This document shows positions 16,209 to 23,507 of a stretch of DNA of 64,000 bases, piece by piece; position 1 is the stretch's first letter, and each line of letters opens with the position of its first letter. A model generated the notes under the pieces. It made no database searches, had not been told where the DNA came from, and worked only from the letters and a program-made list of their open reading frames with translations. A program made the translations under genes and the position numbers. Origin of the DNA: an uncultured Candidatus Saccharibacteria bacterium (GTDB lineage Bacteria; Patescibacteriota; Saccharimonadia; Saccharimonadales; SZUA-47); assembly GCA_964536485.1 (NCBI GenBank), contig CAZHXX010000001.1, positions 21,643 through 85,642 on the forward strand. Reading direction: 5' to 3'.

Positions 16209-17662
16209 ATGAATGAGCAAATTTCTCTATTTTTAAACGAAGAACCAGAGGACGAAATAACTGAGTTTAAAACCGCGAGTAAAGGTAGACTGCCCGAAGA
16301 CATATGGGAATCAGTTACAGGCTTTAGTAATTCTGAAGGTGGGAGGATAATTTATGGAATTAAACCTGATAGTAAATTTCAAGGACTGAATTCACAAGAG
16401 ATAGATCTTTTGCAAAGGAGTATTATCTCAGACTGCAGTGGTTCGTATAATCATACAGTTTATCCACAAATAACAAAAACTGAAGGTACAATTCAAGTAT
16501 TTATACCACCCATCCCAGCAAACTTAAGACCTTTGTTTTCGAAAAAACGCGGATTACCAAAAGGAGCTAAAGTTCGTATAGGGTCTAGTAATGTTCAAGT
16601 TGATGATGAATGGCTTCGAAGATTCGCTATTGCAGCTAGAGGGGGCGCGGAAACACTTGAATACGATGAGGTGGCTCAGGAAGTTTTAGATGAACAATTG
16701 CTTGAAAGATATATTACACGTGTAAATAATGCCAGGGGTAACGTTTATTCTGGCTTGGTAAAAGTTGAAATTTTAAAAAAATTAAGAGTTATTTCTAAAT
16801 CTGAAAAGGTTACACTATTTGGCTTACTAGCATTTTCAAAGGGCGCTTCACTTCAGGAAATCGTAGCGCCTACTGTAAATCTTGCAATTACACACTACAG
16901 AGGAACAAACAAAGCTTCAGAAAATAATGAACGAGATCCTTTTATAGCTAACAAAGAATTCTACGGTTCAACGTCAAAAATTTTTGAAGAGTCTTTTAGA
17001 TACCTACTATCGACACTCCCCATTAAAGGTACTATAGATTCGGGTAAAAGAAACGACTATTTATTATACCCGAGGAAGCTATAAGGGAAGTTTTAGCAAA
17101 TGCTATAGCGCATAGAGATTACTCAGTTACTTCTTCGCGTGTGCAAATAGATATTTATAGTGATCGAATAGAGTTCATTAACCCTGGTAGAAGTCTAGTG
17201 CCCATAACTGAACTTGAATCTACGGCTTCCATTTCAAGAAATCCTATACTTATGAGTTTCATGAAAGATATGGGCTACACCGAGCAAAGAGCCAGAGGAA
17301 TAAAAACGATAAAAAAAGCTATAGAACAAGCTGGCTTATTAGAGCCTGATTTTAAAAATGTAAATGAGTCGTTTGTAGCAACCCTATACAGTTCAGCATT
17401 TATATCAGGAGCCGACCATGCTTGGTTGAATAAATTCTCAATTCATAGTTTAAGTGAACATTAGTTAAATGCTTTAGCCTATTTAAAAAACAATGCACAG
17501 GGTATAAACAATACCGAGTATAGAAACCTAAACGGCATGAATAAAGTAGCCGATGATAAGAAAGCAACTAGAGAATTAAATAGAATGCTAAAGTTAAAGT
17601 TAATTCTAAAAACCGGTGAAAACAAAAATCGTCGCTATTTCCTAAATCCTACTTTTAATTAG
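16209..17662 (+). pseudogene. AlbA_2 (Schlafen-like) / HATPase_c_4 / wHTH 'RecG-like' putative regulator, inactivated by one frameshift and one in-frame TAG
   Basis: Part 1 (16209..17084) has the AlbA_2-type start EDEITEFKTA...ESVTGFSNSEGGRIIYGI. The canonical IPEEAIREVLANAIAHRDY continues in another frame from about 17063. TAG at 17462-17464 interrupts ...LSEH*LNALAYLKNN..., and the wHTH-like tail runs to TAG 17660-17662. Confidence 0.75.
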
Positions 17663-17731
17663 TTCTTGGTCCTTCTCGTAATAAATTTGTAAATATTTTT
17701 TATCACCCAAATTTTCTATCTGTAATTTTAG

Positions 17732-17753
17732 TTTATCTCCGCTTTATCTCCGC
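17732..17753. repeat. tandem 11-mer (TTTATCTCCGC x2)
   Basis: Exact tandem duplication inside a roughly 500-bp non-coding stretch. Confidence 0.6.
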
Positions 17754-17863
17754 AATTAATGATTGTGGAAAAGTTTAGAATCTTCAACTTATTAAGTACT
17801 TTGCTGCAAAACAGTAGTAGTTGAGTTAGGTTAGTAAGCATAAGTACAGATTGTACAAATGAT

Positions 17864-17882
17864 AGAATATTCACAATATTCT
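17864..17882. promoter_or_regulatory. perfect inverted repeat AGAATATT-CAC-AATATTCT (operator-like)
   Basis: 8-bp arms with a 3-nt spacer. It overlaps a TAGAAT hexamer (17863-17868). Confidence 0.3.
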
Positions 17883-18150
17883 CTACCATAGGCAGAATCC
17901 CTTTCTGTTTTGTGAAACTTTCCTTGGCGTCTTTGCAAGCTGTTAGAAACAATGCTACTACTGTACAGCAAAATATTTAATGTACTGCATTGCTATTGTA
18001 TACTATTTAACTATTTCGCTGTACGTCTACAGTCGCGAGCCAAAATATACAAGTCACCATTTAGGTGGCATGTATATTTCCCATGACCTGGTATCAAACC
18101 TAAACTTTGCAAATATAGTTTTATATGTAAACACTATTTACTCCTATACT

Positions 18151-18165
18151 TGCTATACTCTAACC
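18151..18165 (+). promoter_or_regulatory. extended -10 (TGcTATACT) placed 6 nt before ATG 18166
   Basis: Sequence tgctatact-ctaacc-ATG. Confidence 0.55.
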
Positions 18166-18384
18166 ATGAAAGCTGGCGTATACCGACACAAACAACACCC
18201 AAAAGACTTATACCTTTTTATCGGGCTTGCGAGGCATCATAAGACAAATGAAGAATTTATTGTGTATGTTCCGCTTAGAGTAGAAAAAGAATGGGCTGGC
18301 ACCGCACGAATGGCCTTGCGAACAGTTCAAGATTTTGAAGAAACTTTTGAGTACGTTTCTGAGCGCTTACCTGAACAGTTATAA
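18166..18384 (+). CDS. DUF1653-like small protein (72 aa)
   Basis: MKAGVYRHKQHPKDLYLFIGLARHHKTNEEFIVYVPL... The long N-terminal extension in the ORF track (from 17980) looks non-coding. Confidence 0.65.
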   Translation: MKAGVYRHKQHPKDLYLFIGLARHHKTNEEFIVYVPLRVEKEWAGTARMALRTVQDFEETFEYVSERLPEQL

Positions 18385-18458
18385 CTGTGAGCTAACCGAG
18401 CATTAGGCTAGAGAGGCATACCCTGAGGTGTGATCACAGGCATTTTGCGCATTATATT

Positions 18459-18474
18459 TGCTATACTGCCAGCA
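18459..18474 (+). promoter_or_regulatory. extended -10 (TGcTATACT) placed 7 nt before ATG 18475
   Basis: Sequence tgctatact-gccagca-ATG. Confidence 0.55.
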
Positions 18475-18891
18475 ATGGATGCACTCAAAAGTCAGTTTCC
18501 TAAAATCGCTACACTGTTAGCTAGCCTTACCGAACAGCAGGCTACGTCTATTTGCCTCGCGGTTGCTAAGCAGGCTTTAGCGAAGACGGGCGTAGAGGAT
18601 CAGTATGCCCTTAACTCCGCTACCTTGCCAGAAGAGGCTAGTGTCGAGAAACTCAAACATATTAGCGAAGAGATCGAGCAACCATATATTGAGTCTTTAG
18701 ACTCTGGTGAGATGACAGAAACTAACAAGAAGTTGTTCTTACAAGCAAGAGCCATATACAGTTTAGCCGAAGCAGTTTCTAGGCCTGCACTTGAGCACAT
18801 AGGTATTTGTGTCTATGAAGCACTTCATGCAAACGATACGAATACTGATGAAATTGAAGAAATTATCCAGCAAATACTCAACGACAAATAG
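18475..18891 (+). CDS. hypothetical acidic helical protein (138 aa)
   Basis: I moved the start to ATG 18475 (MDALKSQFPK...). No family recognised. Confidence 0.55.
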   Translation: MDALKSQFPKIATLLASLTEQQATSICLAVAKQALAKTGVEDQYALNSATLPEEASVEKLKHISEEIEQPYIESLDSGEMTETNKKLFLQARAIYSLAEAVSRPALEHIGICVYEALHANDTNTDEIEEIIQQILNDK

Positions 18892-18925
18892 TACAAAACA
18901 TCAAGTCGGACAATAAAAATATCTC

Positions 18926-18940
18926 TGCTATACTTCAACT
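18926..18940 (+). promoter_or_regulatory. extended -10 (TGcTATACT) placed 6 nt before ATG 18941
   Basis: Sequence tgctatact-tcaact-ATG. Confidence 0.55.
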
Positions 18941-19216
18941 ATGTTTAAGAAAAAGAAAATCACTGAAGACATCATTAATTTATCTGGCAAGATTGAAATT
19001 CAAAAAGATACTGGTCAAGCAATAATCAGTGTCAACGCATCAACTGGAGACCAGTGGGTGGATTTTGGCTACTGGATGGAGGTGACAAGCTTCATGGCAA
19101 AACAAGCTATGCAGCACAAAGGTTGGAGTGAAGACGAGATGAAAAAATACATTCAATCCTACCTAGAAGAAGCGTTTGCTACCTATTCGGTTGACGAGCC
19201 TAAAGATAATAAATAA
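18941..19216 (+). CDS. hypothetical protein (91 aa)
   Basis: ORF with a leaderless-type promoter. No family recognised. Confidence 0.55.
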   Translation: MFKKKKITEDIINLSGKIEIQKDTGQAIISVNASTGDQWVDFGYWMEVTSFMAKQAMQHKGWSEDEMKKYIQSYLEEAFATYSVDEPKDNK

Positions 19217-19275
19217 CAAAATGTAACTTGTTTAATTATTAAGCTCTTCCTACTTTTTTTGCACAAACACTACTG

Positions 19276-19740
19276 CTATTTAGCAGCTTCCTGCAATTCT
19301 TTTATGTTAATCTTTTTCATTTGCATCATCGCCTGTATGGCTTCTGGCCCACTTAACAACTCTGGCATGTTTTCTGGAATAATTTGCCAGCTTAAACCAA
19401 ACTTATCTTTACACCAACCACATTGTTCGCTTTCAGGAACTGCCGAAAGCTTTTCCCAATAAAAGTCGATTTCTTCTTGATCTTTGCAAGAGACAAACAT
19501 AGAAATAGATTCATTAAACGCATACATAGGGCCCCCGTCGAGACACATGAATTGTTGCCCGTCGAGTTCGAACACGCCGGTGATCACCTTCCCACTCATA
19601 CCTTCAAAATGTTCATCGAGTGATTCATCTGGATACATATTGACGCTTAAAATTTTTGAATTGGCAAACACTTCTGTGTAGTAGTCCATTGCCTCTTTTG
19701 CATTATTGTTAAACCATAAAAATGGTGTTATTTTTGCCAT
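19276..19740 (-). CDS. PhnB/YjdN-like VOC (glyoxalase-fold) protein
   Basis: MAKITPFLWFNNNAKEAMDYYTEVF... is the typical start of the '3-demethylubiquinone-9 3-methyltransferase domain' family. Confidence 0.75.
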   Translation of the reverse strand: MAKITPFLWFNNNAKEAMDYYTEVFANSKILSVNMYPDESLDEHFEGMSGKVITGVFELDGQQFMCLDGGPMYAFNESISMFVSCKDQEEIDFYWEKLSAVPESEQCGWCKDKFGLSWQIIPENMPELLSGPEAIQAMMQMKKINIKELQEAAK

Positions 19741-19741
19741 A

Positions 19742-20176
19742 TTATTTCCCTTCTACTAATTCTGCCAAGAAGTCGTAGTGCTGGTTCCAGCCCTTTCGCT
19801 GTAATTCTTTGTCGTGTACCTGTTCTACATCGAACTCAACCCGCAAGTGTGTCATGCCATCTTTTTCTGAGAGGTCATACGTCACAAGACGGTTATCTGC
19901 ATTTATAATTTCTTCAACTTGTAGGTAATACGCCAAGCGAGTTGGCTCATTCATCTCTGAAATTATTGCACCAAACTCAAAGGTTTGGCTACCGTCAGCG
20001 CTCGAATAGCCAATTTTTATTCTGCCGCCAACTTTTGCGTCAACCTCTGCATAAGGGGTCTTCCAGCCATCGCCAGCATGATGCCACTGTACTAAATCTT
20101 CTGGTGAAATAAGCGCTTTGAACACCCGCTCTATCTGCGCGCGCAAGTCTCGCTCGATAACTATTGAATCTCTCAT
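19742..20176 (-). CDS. SRPBCC / AHSA1-domain protein
   Basis: About 145 aa. IERVFKALISPEDLVQWHH... is an Aha1-like pattern. Confidence 0.7.
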   Translation of the reverse strand: MRDSIVIERDLRAQIERVFKALISPEDLVQWHHAGDGWKTPYAEVDAKVGGRIKIGYSSADGSQTFEFGAIISEMNEPTRLAYYLQVEEIINADNRLVTYDLSEKDGMTHLRVEFDVEQVHDKELQRKGWNQHYDFLAELVEGK

Positions 20177-20199
20177 TATTTCTTTGCCTTTCCTTAATT

Positions 20200-20640
20200 T
20201 TATACACTCAGCATGGCTTCAAGTTTTGCAAAACACTGCGACCAACCGCCATTGTGCCCTTCCATTATTCCCTTATTTGCAAAACCAGTCTGCGTATATA
20301 CCATGTGTGTTTTACCGTCTCGCTCACTTAGCTCAACTGTGTAAGTAGTGGTGTCTTCACTGCCGTCGTCGTTTATCCATGTATGGGTAGACACAATCTT
20401 AGTTGGCTCAATAAGTTCGAGATACTTACCTTTAATACTCCCGTTATACCCTGGTGTGCTCGACTCCATCGTCATGTGCCATTCACCCCCTACTTTTAGC
20501 ACTCCGCCAATTTTGGTAACTTCAAATGTATCTGGGCATGACCATTTTTGAAGCATTTCTGGGTCGGTCCAGGCTTGCCACACCTTCTGTATTGGTGCGT
20601 CGAAGTCTCTTTCAATAGTTAGTGTCAGTTCTTCGTTCAT
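20200..20640 (-). CDS. SRPBCC / AHSA1-domain protein (paralogue)
   Basis: FDAPIQKVWQAWTDPEMLQKW... has the same fold pattern as the neighbouring gene. Confidence 0.7.
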   Translation of the reverse strand: MNEELTLTIERDFDAPIQKVWQAWTDPEMLQKWSCPDTFEVTKIGGVLKVGGEWHMTMESSTPGYNGSIKGKYLELIEPTKIVSTHTWINDDGSEDTTTYTVELSERDGKTHMVYTQTGFANKGIMEGHNGGWSQCFAKLEAMLSV

Positions 20641-20651
20641 TACTTTTTCTT

Positions 20652-21308
20652 TCAGATTAAGTTTGTAAAGCGTTTTGAAGTACTTTCCTCGTCCATGGAC
20701 TTTAAAATAAACGGTGCAGAGCCCGCTTGCGCGAAAGTCATTTCTTGTACCTCAATTATAGGAAGCCAGACGTGTTCGTATTCCTTATTTGACTTTAATA
20801 CTTCAGATTTTAGCGTTGCAGAATAGACGTCGATAATCCCATGAAACTGTGTCTCTTTTACGATTGTCTCTACACTAAACAAAAATTCATCCGCTAAAAG
20901 CCCGCGAGATTTGGCAACAGACTGCGCACTACTCCGACTTGATGATAGGAAAAAATGGTTTCCTCCTGGAAGCATGAATTCGTTTAAATTTTTACTCAGA
21001 GCGGTAGTTCGTCGTGATAGCAACACCTTCCCGTCTTGTATTACCAGAAACTGTACGAGAAGATTGGGCTGGCGCAATGGCTCACGCATGCGATAACGAC
21101 TATTGTAGTGCTGGGCACCAACGAGTGTTAGCTCATAAAACTGATCATCTTTCGTGACAAACCCCTCTTTGATCAGCTTCTTCATATGATACATAAACAA
21201 GCTATGCTCAAGACCTTCCGGAACTAACTCAGAGAAACGTTTTTTACCATCGACAAGTGAAGCAATAATTTTGTCTTGCAAATGATGGTCGGTAAATGGC
21301 ATCGTCAT
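20652..21308 (-). CDS. wHTH regulator fused to a degenerate Nudix-like domain
   Basis: The N-terminus is ArsR/MarR-like (KRFSELVPEGLEHSLFMYHMKKLIKEGFV). The C-terminus has Nudix-fold strands (FLVIQDGKVLLSRRT...LPGGNHF...EHVWLP), but the Nudix box lacks the catalytic Glu residues. Confidence 0.55.
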   Translation of the reverse strand: MTMPFTDHHLQDKIIASLVDGKKRFSELVPEGLEHSLFMYHMKKLIKEGFVTKDDQFYELTLVGAQHYNSRYRMREPLRQPNLLVQFLVIQDGKVLLSRRTTALSKNLNEFMLPGGNHFFLSSSRSSAQSVAKSRGLLADEFLFSVETIVKETQFHGIIDVYSATLKSEVLKSNKEYEHVWLPIIEVQEMTFAQAGSAPFILKSMDEESTSKRFTNLI

Positions 21309-21321
21309 ACGCCGTAGTATA
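21309..21321 (-). promoter_or_regulatory. -10 box TATACT placed 7 nt before ATG 21308
   Basis: On the minus strand: gctatact-acggcgt-ATG. Confidence 0.45.
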
Positions 21322-21410
21322 GCGCAAAAAACTACTGTTCGCTTGTAGGTAAAAAAGCTTTTACTAGTTTTTTATTTTGACGAACACTATGCTGATGATA
21401 GTAGCGCGGC

Positions 21411-21592
21411 TGAAGTACACAAACACACCTAAGTGTTGTGCCAAGTAAGCGGTTACCTATTACCTTCGACAGGTACCATTACCTCGGATGTAACATGTGC
21501 TGTCTGGAGCTTTATGGTCTGCAGATATGAGGTTTTGACAGGTAGTCAAAACTTACACCTCCCCAAAGGGCTCACTCACAGACAGCACAAAC
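21411..21592 (+). ncRNA. candidate structured RNA upstream of SPFH-rtcB (boundaries approximate)
   Basis: Contains a T-loop-like hairpin TACC-TTCGACA-GGTA (21461-21475), a hairpin TTTTGAC-AGGTA-GTCAAAA (21533-21551), and an 11-bp long-range helix (21496-21506 with 21579-21589) extended by GAGC/GCTC. TACCT and AGGTA pentamers are repeated. See findings. Confidence 0.3.
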
Positions 21593-21632
21593 CTAGAATT
21601 GAATCTAAGAATAATTTATAAAAGGAGACAAC

Positions 21633-22271
21633 ATGTTAACTAAAACAACCATCTACGAAACCCAGCGAGGGCTCATGGTTATGAACGGAAAAATTGTAAG
21701 GGAGTTGGGGCCTGGCGTTTATCGAACGTTTAAGCGCTCTTCCCGAGAATTTTTCATCTATCCTAAGACCGCCCAGGCATACGTTGTGCCAAACAACTGT
21801 AGGTCAAAGGACAGCGCCAGCTTTATCGTAGACGTACCGACGATGATATCTATCGTAGACATACGTACCTACTTCTTAAGTAGTGTCACTTACTATCAGG
21901 AAGTAGCTCGGGTATGCACAAAACATATCCAGGAAATAACCGGAACCTTAACTCTTGCTGAGATTCTAGCAGAACCATTAAAACTAGACGGAGCAACGCT
22001 TAACGAAGAGCTTGCCAAGTGTGGGCTTGCGATAACAATTGAAGGTCCTATTGAAACGCGTCTTCCAAGAAACCTCCAGAATGCGATAGATGCACAGGAA
22101 GTTGCGCGCCAGAAGGCAAAGGCAGAAATAGAAGAAGCGCGCGGGCGGACCGCAGTGTTGCGCCACTATGCAAATGCCGCCAAACTAACAAAAGATAATC
22201 CGGACGTCCTTCGTTTGTTGCTTGGCCAAAAGGCAAAGTCTATAAACGTCGCGTTTGATGCAAGGAACTAA
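21633..22271 (+). CDS. SPFH/Band-7 (slipin-like) domain protein
   Basis: RGLMVMNGKIVRELGPGVY...CRSKDSASFIVDVPTMISIVD...LAITIEGPIETRLPRNLQNAIDAQEVARQKAKAEIEEARG is the SPFH core followed by a coiled coil. AAGGAG SD upstream. Confidence 0.75.
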   Translation: MLTKTTIYETQRGLMVMNGKIVRELGPGVYRTFKRSSREFFIYPKTAQAYVVPNNCRSKDSASFIVDVPTMISIVDIRTYFLSSVTYYQEVARVCTKHIQEITGTLTLAEILAEPLKLDGATLNEELAKCGLAITIEGPIETRLPRNLQNAIDAQEVARQKAKAEIEEARGRTAVLRHYANAAKLTKDNPDVLRLLLGQKAKSINVAFDARN

Positions 22272-22274
22272 TCT

Positions 22275-23447
22275 ATGGAAATAATAACCAAAAAACTCTA
22301 TAACTGGGCTTCAATAATTGATGAGAACACGAGAGAACAGGCAGAAAGAACCGCCAGCATGCCGTTTGTCTTGCCTCATCTAGCACTTATGCCAGATGCC
22401 CACATGGGCGCAGGCGCTACGGTAGGCTCTGTCATCCCGACAATTGGTGCCATAATGCCAGCAGCCGTGGGCGTAGACATTGGATGTGGGATGATTGCCG
22501 TAAAAACACAGTTTAGCGCTACAGATATTGCAAACAAGGACCTGAAGAAATTACGACACGCTATAGAGCGCTCAATACCTTTGTCTGCCGGACGCTTTAA
22601 TTCTCGGCTGACTGATTCTGTAAAGCCACGTGTCGAAGAACTAAGTGAAATGGCTGGCGAACGAAAAGCTTTCTACGACAAGCTTACCCGTGCACACTGG
22701 TCCTTGCAGCTTGGCACTCTTGGCTCTGGGAACCACTTTATTGAGGTAACAGTCGACGAAAATGACAGCATTTGGCTGTTTTTGCATAGCGGGAGTCGCG
22801 GGATTGGGAATGCTATTGCGATGTACCACATAAAAATAGCTCAGGAATATGCTAAGAAACACTATATTGCACTTGCGGACACTGACCTTGCATATCTTGT
22901 TGAAGGTACAGCTGAATTTGATGCATATATAACAGATCTTCAGTGGGCGCAGCACTTTGCCCTGCTTAACCGTGAAGAAATGATGGATAGAGTGGTAAAA
23001 GATTTTGAGCACTTTATGGAAGCTGAGGTTGAGGAGCAAGAACGCATTAACTGCCACCACAACTTTACTCAAAGAGAGCACCACATGGGACGTGATGTAT
23101 GGCTAAGTCGTAAAGGAGCAATACAGGCAAACAAAGGACAAAAAGGCCTTATCCCTGGTTCTATGGGAACCGCGAGCTATGTTGTTGAGGGCAAAGGATT
23201 CGCTCCTGCATACAACTCGGCACCACACGGTGCTGGAAGAGTGTGGGCACGGCGTGCCGCTTCTCGACACTTCACTATTGAGGACATGGACAAGGCAATG
23301 AAAGGGATAGAATACAACCGTTCCGAGAAATTCTTAGACGAGATACCCGCTGCCTATAAGGACATTGACGTTGTCATGGATGATGCAAAAGACTTAGTCG
23401 AAATACTTCATACCTTCCACCAAATTGTGAACGTAAAGGGAGAGTAA
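22275..23447 (+). CDS. rtcB: RtcB RNA 3'-phosphate/5'-OH ligase
   Basis: MPDAHMGAG, GSGNHF, HSGSRG, PGSMGT, CHHN and APHGAGR motifs. Starts 3 nt after the SPFH stop codon. Confidence 0.92.
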   Translation: MEIITKKLYNWASIIDENTREQAERTASMPFVLPHLALMPDAHMGAGATVGSVIPTIGAIMPAAVGVDIGCGMIAVKTQFSATDIANKDLKKLRHAIERSIPLSAGRFNSRLTDSVKPRVEELSEMAGERKAFYDKLTRAHWSLQLGTLGSGNHFIEVTVDENDSIWLFLHSGSRGIGNAIAMYHIKIAQEYAKKHYIALADTDLAYLVEGTAEFDAYITDLQWAQHFALLNREEMMDRVVKDFEHFMEAEVEEQERINCHHNFTQREHHMGRDVWLSRKGAIQANKGQKGLIPGSMGTASYVVEGKGFAPAYNSAPHGAGRVWARRAASRHFTIEDMDKAMKGIEYNRSEKFLDEIPAAYKDIDVVMDDAKDLVEILHTFHQIVNVKGE

Positions 23448-23461
23448 CGAAAGTTCTCTGC

Positions 23462-23492
23462 AAGATACGAAGCCACATCTGCTTCGTATCTT
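23462..23492 (+). terminator. intrinsic terminator after rtcB
   Basis: 12-bp stem AAGATACGAAGC/GCTTCGTATCTT with a 7-nt loop. Its T-rich tail runs into the next promoter. Confidence 0.6.
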
Positions 23493-23507
23493 TGCTATTA
23501 TGGCTCT
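23493..23507 (+). promoter_or_regulatory. extended -10 (TGcTATTAT) placed 6 nt before ATG 23508
   Basis: Sequence tgctattat-ggctct-ATG. Confidence 0.5.

Noticed and set aside
17728-17952. A 74-aa minus-strand ORF as a real gene.
   Set aside because: It has a TTG start, no promoter or SD sequence, a Leu/Asn/Ile-rich low-complexity sequence, and lies in an AT-rich non-coding stretch.
13030-21400. A direct repeat of the tRNA-Asn 3' end (attR) that would delimit an integrated element.
   Set aside because: I could not find any copy of the last ~15 nt of the tRNA downstream by eye, and no integrase is present. The island interpretation is therefore kept only as compositional and gene-content inference.
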